DNA of 63,629 nucleotides, filler included, from Craspedostauros australis (GCA_030167865.1; 12 parts of 12 records of this genome joined end to end with filler, not necessarily neighbours in it), one strand, 5' to 3'. Positions 1-12,208 are shown, counted from the first letter of the whole stretch. The notes: generated by a model from the sequence alone, not told the origin. Made by a program: numbers and translations.

Positions 1-782
1 CGCGAGTGATGTTGTACGCGGGATGATTTGTTCTTCATGTCGTGTCTGACATGTGTCTGTGCAGTATTGCTGAAACAAACCGGGCATGGGGTCATGGCGC
101 GCAGGGTCGATCGTGCGAACTTGTCACATGTGCAATGTCAGTAAGAACAGACGGGCTAAATCGAAACGAACGAAAAAGAACAGCACACACAGAAACAGAC
201 GAAGACCGGCAGCGCTTTGTCACATTTATTCGTCCTGTGCGAAATTCGACCGTTACTGTTTCCCTCGGACATTCGCACCGTTGTGTCCATCTCGCCGTCG
301 AATCGTGGAACATGTTCTCATTTGTACCATTTTTTCTGTGTTGGCCGGACCGAAACAGCGTTTGGACTGCGTCGCCTTTGGCGCATTCGCCCAACATGTT
401 GGTCTGTTTGTACATACACTGCAGTTCTGAACGGATTGCTCCCTGTGTCACGATGTGCCAGGAATATTGTGTTGGTTGTGGCAGTTCTGAACAGGCAGTT
501 TCAGAATGAACGGTTCGAGCAACACCATTGGGGCATTTCTTAGCCCCTTTCTATGCCAATTGACATAATTTTGAGACTATTTTATGCCTTGGTGTCGATT
601 TCGACCAAAAACGGCATTACTTAGACCCATTCTTGTCGATTGTTGTGCAGCAAGTGACACTATTGGGGCTATCAAAGTCTTTGAAAGTGCCATTTGGGAC
701 CAACATGTCGCGTCTTGGGTTCGCTGCGACGCTATTTAGTGTGGTTGTACACTGCAACGTGGTTCCGAGCCCATTCCTACTA

Positions 783-963
783 GGTCGTATTCGACCGAAC
801 CAACGGACTGTCCGATCCTGCTTGGTCTTTTCGTGACATTCCAAGTCACGCGCGAATACTTCCGCGGAATGCGAAACTTCAATGTGTTCAGTTTCATCTC
901 ACCATGTGGTATTCGACCGCGCCAACGGATTGTCCGGTCCTGCTCGGTCTTTTCGCAGCATTC
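783..963. repeat. Two diverged ~56-bp direct repeats (783-841 and 908-963)
   Basis: ggtcgtattcgaccgaaccaacggactgtccgatcctgcttggtcttttcgtgacattc versus ggtattcgaccgcgccaacggattgtccggtcctgctcggtcttttcgcagcattc. Confidence 0.8.
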
Positions 964-1244
964 GAAATCATCCACGACCACTGGCGCGGAATGCGTCGCT
1001 GCGATGGAATTGAGCCAGGTTCTGCGCGTACGCATGGCCACGAAGGACGGAATTTGCATCGCGATGGAGCGCACGACCGTGCTGGTTTGTTTTGGCACAC
1101 CGGAAGAACAGAAGCAACCAAACACCCAAAGAGCAGCGTCGCAAAACAAGCGTTGCAGTGGTATTGCCTCCCAACGTGTCAAAACAACCCACCCGAACAA
1201 ATCATTGCTGTCATAAAAACCACGACACTCACCCACACAATCCA

Positions 1245-2495
1245 ACATCAACACATTCGAACATCAGCACATCAGCACATTCGCACATCAACAGACTTGC
1301 ACATTTGGACATCAGCACGTCCCTGCACTTGCACATCAAGACACTCTCACATTTGGACATCAGCACATCCTCGCACTTGCACATTTGGACATCAGTGCAT
1401 CCTTGCACTCGCACATTTGGACATCCTCGCACTCGCACATCAGCACATCCTCGCACTCGCACATTTGAACATCAGTGCATCCTCACACTCGCACATTTGG
1501 ACATCAGTGCATCCTCGCACTCGCACATCAGCACATCCTTCCACTCGCACATTTGGACATCAGCACATCCTTGCACTCGCACATTTGGACATCAGCACAT
1601 CCTTGCACTCGCACATTTGGACATCAGTGCATCCTCGCACTCGCACATTTGGACATCAGTGCATCCTCGCACTTGCACATCAGCACATCCTCACACTTGC
1701 ACATTTGGACATCAGTGCATCCTCGCACTCGCACAACAAGACACTTGCACATCAAGACATCAAGACATCAGCACTTCAGCACATCAGCACATCCTTGCAC
1801 TCGCACATTTGGACATCAGTGCATCCTCGCACTTGCACATCAGCACATCCTCACACTCGCACATTTGGACATCAGTGCATCCTCGCACTTGCACAACAAG
1901 ACACTTGCACATCAAGACATCAGCACTTCAGCACATCAGCACATCCTTGCACTTGCACATTTGGACATCAGTGCATCCTTGCACTTGCACATCAGCACAT
2001 CCTCACACTCGCACATTTGGACATCAGTGCATCCTCGCACTTGCACAACAAGACACTTGCACATCAAGACATCAGCACTTCAGCACATCAGCACATCCTT
2101 GCGCTTGCACATTTGGACATCAGTGCATCCTCGCACTTGCACTCGCACAGCAAGACACTCGCACATTCGGACATCAGCACATTTGCACATCCTCTCATTC
2201 GTGCATCAAGACACTCTCACATTTGGACATCAACACTTCCTTGCACTCGCACGTCCCCGCACTTGCACATGAGCACACCCTCGCACTCGTGCAAAACAGA
2301 CTCTCAGATTTGGACATCAGCACATCCTCACACTCGCACATCAAGACACTGTCACATTCGGACATCAGCACATCAGCACATCCTCGCACTCGCACATCAA
2401 CAGACTCTCACGTCCAGACATCAGCACATTTGGACAGCAACACATCAACAGACTCTCACATTTGGACATCAGCACACTTGCACATCAACACACAC
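1245..2495. repeat. Tandem minisatellite of 8-bp subunits (acatttgg/acatcagc/acatcctc/gcactcgc) forming 24-32-bp units
   Basis: Directly visible. Variants tcgcac/ttgcac/tcacac differ at CpG sites. The long His/Thr/Ser-rich ORFs over it are repeat artefacts. Confidence 0.95.
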
Positions 2496-2501
2496 CCAAC
2501 A

Positions 2502-3413
2502 ATGGTTGGCTCGGAAGCCCGTTTCTACAAAAATGGCCCCGATGCTAAGGAGCTGATCAAGGCGTTCTTGGCCGATCCAACAAAATGGCACTGGGAGGCA
2601 ACGCCTCTGCGTCTTCATCACCCTTTCTTGGTCAAGTACGATGCCAAGAAGTTTGTTCGGACGCTACGCGAATTCAAACGAGCACTGGTGAAGAAGTCTT
2701 TGTTTCATCGTGAGTATCACATGCCCAGTGACATTGCCAACTTTTCATCCTGAGCATCTCTGCTTTCAACCAGGTTACTTCTCATCTGTGTTCTTATCTC
2801 TTTCCTATGACACCAACCTTTGGCCTTCATCTCTTCATCGTTTCATCCAGAGGACGGCACACCACACAAGGTTTCAATCCAGAAGCTAGGTGCCAACCTC
2901 CGTCCTCTTGATGAACCTGAAGCTGACGACTCTGTGCTAGAAACCTCCAACCATAACTCCAACACCGCCAACCGGAACAACACCAACACCATCAACAACA
3001 GCAGGTCAGCTGTGAGCAGACGAATCACACGGAGAAGCACACATGACAAATCTGACAAACATGGCACCACTACCCCCAGTCAAACCAATGACACAGATGG
3101 GAGTAACAACAGTGCATGGGCTGAAGACGATGATGCATCCGATGATGTTNNAGAAACCNATTCTGAGGATGACATCGACTACCTTGGGATGGGCAACACA
3201 GCAGTCCAAAACCAANCTTCAAGCCGCCCTCTGGACCCCATCACTGCAAGATTTGGCACCTTTTTTGAGCTATCAGAGCCCCAACGAGTTGCCAAGTTTC
3301 GGAAGCTGAGCCGCACCATCGAGGTCTTTCACACAACTCAAGTGTGGAGGCCTCGTGGTGAACGATATCGCATGGTTGGGGTCGACTTCCACCTGCCTGC
3401 ATGTACTACAAGG
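2502..3413 (+). CDS. Hypothetical protein, two exons (2502-2709, 2851->3413), 3'-truncated by contig end; possibly transposon-associated
   Basis: ATG at 2502. Intron 2710-2850 (gtgagt...tttcatccag, 141 nt) removes the TGA at 2751 and joins KSLFHQ-DGTPHK in frame. Compact N-terminal domain (HPFLVKYDAKKFVRTL) followed by an N/S/D-rich linker. Confidence 0.65.
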
Positions 3414-3513
3414 NNNNNNNNNNNNNNNNNNNNNNNNNNNNNNNNNNNNNNNNNNNNTTAATTAATTAANNNNNNNNNNNNNNNNNNNNNNNNNNNNNNN
3501 NNNNNNNNNNNNN
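3414..3513. other. Artificial contig linker (N44-TTAATTAATTAA-N44); the same linker occurs at 6086, 7714, 15074, 21151, 26082, 28238, 30428, 56836, 58565 and 61277
   Basis: Identical 100-nt N-padded spacer carrying stop codons in all six frames, present 11 times. Confidence 0.98.
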
Positions 3514-6085
3514 GACAGTGCGATCTCAGTTTGAAGCTTTGATTTCCAAATGAGAGGACATCCACCAAGTGTGATAAGGTACCCTGTGCGTGACTTGACC
3601 GATACAGGGTCTTTGCTGTCTTCTCGTTGGTAGAGGCCTGCGAAGTCAGCATCCACGTAGCACTTGAGATCGAGTTGCCCAGTGGGGCGGACGATGGTGC
3701 CCATGGTCTCCGTGTGTTTGAGATATCGCATGATGCGCTTGACGGCCTTGGCGTGTGAGCGGCGAGGGTCCTGTCCAAAGCGTGCGACCTGAGAGACTGC
3801 GAAGGCGAGGTCTGGACGAGTATTCGTTGTGAGGTACAACAGCATACCAACTACGGAGCGGTAGTTCCATTTCTCGTTCATGGCTGGTTCATCTTTGCAC
3901 TGTCCGAGTGCGAGCTGGGTTGTTGGAACCGGGCATGGATTGCAGTTGGTCATTTTCGTCGTCTCTAGGATCTTTTTGATCAATCCCGATTGTCGAAGGT
4001 GAACCGTGTCCGCCTTTGGATTGCGGCAAAGCTCAATTCCCAGAAACTCAGTGAAGCTGCCTTCCTGAGTTAGCTCGAACCCCAGTTCACGCATTGATGC
4101 GATGAATTCATCGGCATCCTGCTTGGTCTTCGAGGCGATTCCTGCATCGTCAACGTAGAGAACGATCATGATGTTGTGCTTGATGAACAGGCATTGCTCT
4201 TGATCACAGGCTTTGAAGCCGACTGTGATCAGGGCCCGGATGAGGTGCTCATACCACAGGCGCGGAGCGATCGTTAATCCGTAGAGGCTCTTGCGAAGTC
4301 TGAGACAGGTGTTGGGTCCTTTGCTTGATTTGAAGCCGCGAGGGAGGTGGAGNTGTACGGGCTTGTGGATNGAAGCCTGTACGAATGCGTTGGTGAAGTC
4401 NATCGATGTAGTTGTCCAACCCANCACGATGGATGTGCTCAGGAAGATGCGAACGGATGACCAGGCCACGACTGGCGCGTATGTGGATGCATCCTCATTC
4501 ATGAGGTCTCCGCGGCAACACCAGCGACCCTTGTATTTCTTGATTGTGCCGTCTGGCAAGCGCTTGCGGCGGAAGACCCAGGTCCCCGGGAAGATTCGGT
4601 CGTTGATGACGTCGGCCTTTTGGATCTCTTCCCACGTTCCCTTTTCCGTGAGAGCCTTGATTTCCTTTTTGGCTGCTTGCATCCACTCGTCCTTGTTGTC
4701 GTCGCGGATTGCTTCGTCGAAGGAGAGGGTATCAGGATCACGGTTGGAAGCCTTGTACACGGATGAACGCTCAGCGATGTTTAGGTCGCCTCCTGTTGCA
4801 AAGTAGCTCATCATGTGTCCATCGACGTATGTTGGGAAGTTCGTTGAGTCTCGCTGCGGCTCGATGATGGAGACAGCGTAAGCGTGTTGTTCGATGTTTG
4901 CCCATGCGTGTTCTGGAATACATGTCGCTGTGTCGAGGATGGATGATGGGTCGACTTCAAGTGTTGATCCGTTTTGATCAGAGGCTCGCGTTGCTGGAGC
5001 CTCCTTCAGAGGTGCCGTGTTGGTTTCGATCATTCCTTGGATGAATTTCTCAACTTCGAATTCGCTGGGCTGTGGCCATGGTCCTGGGCGGATAGTCGTG
5101 ACTTGGCGACGGAGCAGCTCAAATGCGAGACGATAGCGGTGATTCTCAGTGATGGCGTTCCACACGGAGCGTGTCCTTTTAAAGAAGGTGTTTCCGCTGA
5201 TTTTGCTTTCAGGAGGGAGAAAACCTTTCATCATTAGGTACTCCGGATCCTGGTACGACCATGCCTCAGGTGTGGCCGACGACATGTAATCGAAGGCGTC
5301 GAAGCTGGGGTNCATGGTGCCAGTTCGGATGAAGGTGCTGAGTTTTCCCACGAATTTACCAATAGCGTAGTCCGTTGCTTGTCTCCTGAGGTCGTCGCAG
5401 CGAATCTCACAGTGGAGGTCGACTTCGAAATGCCTCTCCATGTCTGAGTAGAGATCCTCGTAAACGTCTTGGAATGGAGTTGGTCCCTCCTCGGTCATGT
5501 CATCAGGGTCTGGTTGCCACCAGTCGGCCATGTTGACGCTGGCTTCTTCTGTTTCAATCGGTCTTGGCGCGAATGTTGGAAGAACGACGTTGGTTGGTTG
5601 TGGATTCAAAGTGTTGAATCGCATTCGAAGTCTGCGCAACAAATAGTGAGCGTCCACCTTGAATTGGTGTAGATCGATGGAAAGAGAGTCGCTGCCTTCG
5701 CGTTGGAGAGGTTCAATTGTGTGTAAGCAATCGACGACAGCTTGTGAGAATGTGATGATCGATGAAGAGTCGGGGTGCAACTCCCTGGGTATTGCGGCCT
5801 GTTCAATTTCTTCCAAGGTAGCTACTGCGGGGCAGAAGTAGAAATCATCGGTGTCTTCGTCGTCCAGCCAGGCTGCTTTGCCTCCCATACGTGCGTACGT
5901 GAATCGCTTTGGTTGTTTGCGAATTCTCGTGCTTCGAGGTCTTTCTGGCGTTGGCTCAGACTTAGGTGTCGTGGGTGGCGTGGAGCTCGTTTGAATTGGC
6001 GATGGAGCTGGAGGTGGTAATGGAGTTGCTGGTTCTAATGTTGGTGATTCTCGGAGAGGTGAACTCAATTGCGGTTGAAGTGTTC
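3514..6085 (-). mobile_element. Ty1/Copia LTR retrotransposon pol fragment (integrase-RT linker, reverse transcriptase, start of RNase H)
   Basis: Uninterrupted ORF with WVFRRKR, KGRWCCRGD, TYAPVV, DFTNAFVQ, LRKSLYGL, LYVDD, TRPDLAFAV, YVDADFAG, SRTGY and WKSKLQTEIAL. Confidence 0.96.
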
Positions 6086-6185
6086 NNNNNNNNNNNNNNN
6101 NNNNNNNNNNNNNNNNNNNNNNNNNNNNNTTAATTAATTAANNNNNNNNNNNNNNNNNNNNNNNNNNNNNNNNNNNNNNNNNNNN

Positions 6186-7713
6186 GACAGTGCGATCTCA
6201 GTTTGAAGCTTTGATTTCCAAATGAGAGGACATCCACCAAGTGTGATAAGGTACCCTGTGCGTGACTTGACCGATACAGGGTCTTTGCTGTCTTCTCGTT
6301 GGTAGAGGCCTGCGAAGTCAGCATCCACGTAGCACTTGAGATCGAGTTGCCCAGTGGGGCGGACGATGGTGCCCATGGTCTCCGTGTGTTTGAGATATCG
6401 CATGATGCGCTTGACGGCCTTGGCGTGTGAGCGGCGAGGGTCCTGTCCAAAGCGTGCGACCTGAGAGACTGCGAAGGCGAGGTCTGGACGAGTATTCGTT
6501 GTGAGGTACAACAGCATACCAACTACGGAGCGGTAGTTCCATTTCTCGTTCATGGCTGGTTCATCTTTGCACTGTCCGAGTGCGAGCTGGGTTGTTGGAA
6601 CCGGGCATGGATTGCAGTTGGTCATTTTCGTCGTCTCTAGGATCTTTTTGATCAATCCCGATTGTCGAAGGTGAACCGTGTCCGCCTTTGGATTGCGGCA
6701 AAGCTCAATTCCCAGAAACTCAGTGAAGCTGCCTTCCTGAGTTAGCTCGAACCCCAGTTCACGCATTGATGCGATGAATTCATCGGCATCCTGCTTGGTC
6801 TTCGAGGCGATTCCTGCATCGTCAACGTAGAGAACGATCATGATGTTGTGCTTGATGAACAGGCATTGCTCTTGATCACAGGCTTTGAAGCCGACTGTGA
6901 TCAGGGCCCGGATGAGGTGCTCATACCACAGGCGCGGAGCGATCGTTAATCCGTAGAGGCTCTTGCGAAGTCTGAGACAGGTGTTGGGTCCTTTGCTTGA
7001 TTTGAAGCCGCGAGGGAGGTGGAGATGTACGGGCTTGTGGATTGAAGCCTGTACGAATGCGTTGGTGAAGTCGATCGATGTAGTTGTCCAACCCATCACG
7101 ATGGATGTGCTCAGGAAGATGCGAACGGATGACCAGGCCACGACTGGCGCGTATGTGGATGCATCCTCATTCATGAGGTCTCCGCGGCAACACCAGCGAC
7201 CCTTGTATTTCTTGATTGTGCCGTCTGGCAAGCGNNNNNNNNNNNNNNNNNNNNNNNNNNNNNNNNNNNNNNNNNNNNNGACGTCGGCCTTTTGGATCTC
7301 TTCCCACGTTCCCTTTTCCGTGAGAGCCTTGATTTCCTTTTCGGCTGCTTGCATCCACTCGTCCTTGTTGTCGTCGCGGATTGCTTCGTCGAAGGAGAGG
7401 GTATCAGGATCACGGTTGGAAGCCTTGTACACGGATGAACGCTCAGCGATGTTTAGGTCGCCTCCTGTTGCAAAGTAGCTCATCATGTGTCCATCGACGT
7501 ATGTTGGGAAGTTCGTTGAGTCTCGCTGCGGCTCGATGATGGAGACAGCGTAAGCGTGTTGTTCGATGTTTGCCCATGCGTGTTCTGGAATACATGTCGC
7601 TGTGTCGAGGATGGATGATGGGTCGACTTCAAGTGTTGATCCGTTTTGATCAGAGGCTCGCGTTGCTGGAGCCTCCTTCAGAGGTGCCGTGTTGGTTTCG
7701 ATCATTCCTTGGA
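6186..7713 (-). mobile_element. Second near-identical copy of the Copia RT fragment (matches 3514-5041)
   Basis: Same sequence at offset 2672. One visible substitution (4670 t versus 7342 c, K/E). Internal N gap at 7235-7279. Confidence 0.95.
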
Positions 7714-7813
7714 NNNNNNNNNNNNNNNNNNNNNNNNNNNNNNNNNNNNNNNNNNNNTTAATTAATTAANNNNNNNNNNNNNNNNNNNNNNNNNNNNNNN
7801 NNNNNNNNNNNNN

Positions 7814-9376
7814 ACATCAGCCGCAGAGTGCGCTTATGTGAGCAACAGGTTTGAGAAGATGAAGAAGTACGGCAATGCGGTGGTCGAGCGCGACGACTGT
7901 CCGCTGATCGACAAGATGAGAGCGTATCACGTGCTGATAAATGGAGAACTGGCTTCGGCCGATCATGGCAAAGCGAGTGATGTGATGAAGCTGGGTGTAG
8001 AGGTGATGGCCAAGCTTGGTTACCACTATCCCAAGAACAACACGATGAGACTAGTGATGACCATATGGCGAATGATGAAACTGCAAGTATCCGCAAAGAA
8101 GTGGACGATCGAGTATTTGAACTCGATGCAGCCATCTGAAGATCCTATGGACGGGCTTACCATGAGGACCTTGGGTAAGTGCTTGGTGGGTGCTATACTT
8201 GCCGATGGAGTTCTCTACCCTTTGGTCCTGGTGGACCTCATCAACTATGGTTTGACGAAAGGCACAACAAACTCCACTGCGTATGCCATCGCAAATCTTG
8301 CGGCGGCCATCGGTCCTGTTTTGGGGAACATGGAAGCTGGGAAGCTGTATGCCAACTACGCCATGCATTTGTGCGAAGCAAACAGCAGCAAGGCAGAATC
8401 AGTCCGTCCCACACTTGCTGCGTACGGCTTTGTGCTGACCAACTTCATACCGTACGAGAGTTGCGCACAACCACTCCTGGATGCACATCTCGACGGCATG
8501 GCGACAGGAGATATTCAAAACGCGATGTGGGTCCTAATCTATTACTTGGACCTGTGCTTCTTCACAGCGAAGCCGTTGGGAGATCTGGAGTTGGATCTTT
8601 CGACATACACGAATCAATGTGAAGACTTCAATCAAACCAGGGTGCGTGAGTTCCTTGCAAGCAGATGGCAAATGGTGTTGCATCTCAGAGGATGGTCCGA
8701 TCAACGGACCCTCCTCGTCGGTGAGGTCTTCGATGAAATCACTGTGATGCGACGCCTTGCACAAGCGAAGGATGAGGCACAAACCATTGACCTGCTTGAC
8801 ATCAAGCTGTTCACAGCGACATACTTCGGTGACTACGACGATGCTGTCAAGACAGCCTTCGAGGCGTATGAGCATGTCAATGAGAATACGAAGTACTACA
8901 TCTCGAGCATGTCATTCTTTTTCTTTTCCTCCTTCGCCGCGACGATCAGCGTCCACCAAAATGGCCATCTCTCATGGTCAAAGCGCAACAAGGTCAAACG
9001 GCTGGCCCAACGATCGCGAAAGGCGCTGCGCGCCATGGTGAACAAGGGCAACCCAAATGCGGTGCACTGTTTTGCCATTCTGAGCGCGGAAAGAACTGCA
9101 TGGAAGGCGCACAAGAGCAAGCAGAGAGACGACGCGTTCCATGCTGCAGTCAAGCTCTATCGGGATGCGATCCGGACCGCTGCTCGAGGAGGGTTCTCTC
9201 AGAACCAAGCACTCGCAAACGAACGGCTGGCGGAGCACATGGTGCTGGAGGATGACATGGAGGGCGCGGGGTATCATTTCGATGAGGCTATTCGACTGTA
9301 CGAGGAATGGGGCGCCGACAAGAAGGTGTCGTTACTGCGGGAGCGTCGCAAGAGCGTCGGCGTGACTGATAGATGA
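7814..9376 (+). CDS. 3' portion of the AAA/STAND-type ATPase gene (redundant copy of 15945-17507)
   Basis: Translation is identical to the C-terminal ~520 aa of ORF 15945-20018. The contig begins mid-gene. Confidence 0.9.
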   Translation, partial: TSAAECAYVSNRFEKMKKYGNAVVERDDCPLIDKMRAYHVLINGELASADHGKASDVMKLGVEVMAKLGYHYPKNNTMRLVMTIWRMMKLQVSAKKWTIEYLNSMQPSEDPMDGLTMRTLGKCLVGAILADGVLYPLVLVDLINYGLTKGTTNSTAYAIANLAAAIGPVLGNMEAGKLYANYAMHLCEANSSKAESVRPTLAAYGFVLTNFIPYESCAQPLLDAHLDGMATGDIQNAMWVLIYYLDLCFFTAKPLGDLELDLSTYTNQCEDFNQTRVREFLASRWQMVLHLRGWSDQRTLLVGEVFDEITVMRRLAQAKDEAQTIDLLDIKLFTATYFGDYDDAVKTAFEAYEHVNENTKYYISSMSFFFFSSFAATISVHQNGHLSWSKRNKVKRLAQRSRKALRAMVNKGNPNAVHCFAILSAERTAWKAHKSKQRDDAFHAAVKLYRDAIRTAARGGFSQNQALANERLAEHMVLEDDMEGAGYHFDEAIRLYEEWGADKKVSLLRERRKSVGVTDR

Positions 9377-9602
9377 GGTTGTTAAAAAGGTCAGATTTCC
9401 CTATTGACGGTAATAGCGTTGAAGTTCCTTTGGTCCAGGCTTGAATGGGTCGCTGTGCGAATTCGCACTCTTGTGGGTACGTATTAGTGTGCAACAAGGA
9501 TGGCGCATGGACAGTCGCGTTTGAGCGACATGATGTTGCGTATTGTTCCAAAATTGGCAATGTGTCCATGAATCCTGCCAGAGAAACGACGAAGTCTCGC
9601 CG

Positions 9603-11333
9603 TCATATCATGTACAAATCGACCAGTATCTGGTACGCTCGTTCTCCCACGTCCTCGATCTCTGCGTACTTGGCTTGCATTGCCAATTCTTCGTGTGGCG
9701 ACTTTGGCTGTTGCCGCACTCGTTCGATACGCTTTGCCTTCCACGCTGAAGGGCGGCTGTCGATCCCGTTAGGATCAATGATCATTTCTTGCGGTGGTTC
9801 TGTGCGCGGAGCGACGAAGAAAATGTGGGAGAAACAAACATGCGCATGAGTGAGTCAGTTATTGAGTGAATTGGTCTCATGTCTGCGTGAGAATACGCCG
9901 GGCACGCAAAAGACATCCGCGACAACAATACTCGTACAACTAGCACCAGAAACAACAACAAAGTGGCATTGAAATTGGATGGACGTACCAAAGAATGAAG
10001 TGGCACCAGATGTCGTGTGGAGATCATCCATCGTCGTGAATCCTGCATTGCGTTGCTGTGCGGCCGTGACATCGGATGTCACCACCATGTTCATTTTAGC
10101 CTCCACGTCTGAGGCGCTGAATTGACGTTCGTACCCACTTTGCTGGTCGTCCCAATGCTGCTGACTTCGGGACCGAGCGTCGCGTCGTGCCGCAATGTCG
10201 CTTCGGAAGTAGGAGTCGACGGTTGGGTCAATTTCGGCTTGCTCTTTCGCGCTCGCAAAACTGAGCGCAAGTTCTGGTTCATCGACTGCGACGGCGCTCT
10301 GGATGTTGTTGGAAAGGGACTGGATCATGTTGGATGTCACAGCGCCGTCTTGGCTTTCGATTTCGTGGTACTCGGGCGCGCCAACCTGGTATCCTCGGCG
10401 TGATCTGCGCGTGAAGTGAAACACCGTGGCCACGCTGACCAGCAGGACCGTGAGGGTGCGTTTCCGCACGTAATGGGGCATGGTCCAATCGTGGTGGTGG
10501 TGCAGCAGCGCCATCCCGGCTGTTGCGGACGTGCTGGATGCTGCGTGGGCCGGGGCAGTACCAAAGTGCCACATCACGGCAACTGTGAGCATGGTTTGGA
10601 GGAAGGCGCGTCCGAACTTCGGCGGCGCAGCTTGTGGTTCCTTGCGGCCGAAGAGGAAGGATGAGATGATGCGCTTGCCTTTGCCGACAATATTCGACTG
10701 GAAGCGCTTCCACCGAGACTGGGTTGGTCTCACTTGCGAAGCGTCATCTTCGGTTGCTGTATCGTCATCGTCTGATGAAGGCAATGGGGTAGGCAATGAA
10801 GGCGTTGCTTTTGTGTTTGTGGGCTTGTGTCCGTATTCGTAGGTGTACGAGTTGGCACAATCGAGTTTGGGCGATGCTGATTCGCTGGCTTTGTGTCCTC
10901 CGTGGGTGTTGCCGGAGCGTTGGAATGTGAGTTGACTGATTCTCTGCGGATCCCTCTGATGATGCTGTTGCTGCTGCCGCAACATATCCTGCTGCTGTCG
11001 CTTTGGTTCGTATAGCTGCCGCCGAGCAGAAGAAGGAGGAGGCGAAAGGCCGGACAAGTGCTTGCTGAATGTAAGTCCTCTTGACGTCCCCGTCCGCGAG
11101 CGTCCCCCCTTGGGCAGGCCCCACGAGTGGCCTGATATCGATTGATGTGCTGCATCGAGATGCAGCCCATGATTCACGTCGAAGCGAAGAGGCCGCGCTG
11201 AATGCACATGATGGCTGCCTGGGGCGACGGAGAATCCTTGCACAAGGAGCGTCGTTTGGCGGGCATGACCCACCAGCACCAGCAGTACCACCAGCGACGG
11301 CCGAAGCAGCAGCAGCGGTAGTCGCGAACTCAT
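9603..11333 (-). CDS. Probable plastid-targeted protein of unknown function, two exons (11333-9989, 9799-9603)
   Basis: Hydrophobic signal peptide ending VQG-F (ASAFAP-like), then an S/R-rich transit region and an internal hydrophobic stretch ending AHA-A. Intron 9800-9988 (gtacgt...cgcacag) joins SFF-EPPQEMIIDP in frame. Ends AKYAEIEDVGERAYQILVDLYMI. Confidence 0.8.
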
Positions 11334-12091
11334 CCGCAACCTTCTCTTCCGTACAGCGGCGCGCTGCGATATGCTCTTTCTTTGATGTATCGTATAATAT
11401 TATATTATATTATACGCCGCAGTATTCGATGGACGCTGTTGTGCTTGTGGCACTAGCAAGGCAAAGCAAAGGGACAACACGCTGAGTCCGCTCTTCAATG
11501 GCAGCAGCGATGTAGATACGTGTATGTATGCCCAGCGGCAGATGGGTTGATTGACAAGGTTGATCAGCCTTGCGAGAGAGGATGGCGACACCAGAGGAAA
11601 TGGGGAGGAAGCGGACGAATACGATGCCCAGCAACAACGTCCAACACAGAGCAACGACAGCCAATCTTGCATTGTGGATGTCGCCATTGCGGCTGTTCCC
11701 TCCAGTGACACGGTTCTTGTTGTCGTCGTTGTCGTCGTTGTTGTCATTATTGCCGTGTTCCCATTCGGCAGTTGTTGCATTTTGTCGTACTGCGGATTTC
11801 ATGGTTCGTCTCACGTGGAAACAAGGAGAAACAGAGTACAGCCTTGCGTATGGCAGTCCAGACTATACGTTTGCCATCGTGCGATGGTTCGTAAAAGTTA
11901 CGGTAAACGCATATTTACTCATTTATTATTTTCTGCTTTCGCAAGGAAGTTTTGGATGAAGTTTCTCGACGGAAATTCATCCAGCACAGATGCTGCGCGT
12001 GATACGAGAACATGAGAGGACAATGACACAGGTCGCACCCACACGAAACGGTACCTACCTGTCCACAACCAACAAGAGACTTCTCCTCTGC

Positions 12092-12208
12092 GACCCACTT
12101 GAGTGGCAGGACCTGTAGTCTGTCCTAGGATGCCGGCACAATTGGGGCTTTCAACCAGCCCACTCACATATTCATAAACATAATATTGATATAGAATAGA
12201 ATGCGTGG
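12092..12208 (-). repeat. Left arm of a diverged ~115-bp inverted repeat (partner 14735-14848)
   Basis: Reverse complement reads gtttatgaatatgtgagtgggctggttgaaagcccc...taggacagactacaggtcctgccactcaagtgggtc. Confidence 0.75.

Noticed and set aside
1245..2495. CRISPR-like array (also considered for 26900-27545)
   Set aside because: The units are contiguous and degenerate with no unique spacers, there are no cas genes, and the context is eukaryotic.
904..2556. Long His/Thr/Ser-rich ORFs (550, 553 and 265 aa)
   Set aside because: They are open in several frames only because the tandem repeat lacks stop codons. The 8-bp period is not codon-phased.
3458..3469. Recurrent palindrome TTAATTAATTAA as a biological site
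   Set aside because: It is always centred in a 100-nt N block, so it is an assembly linker.
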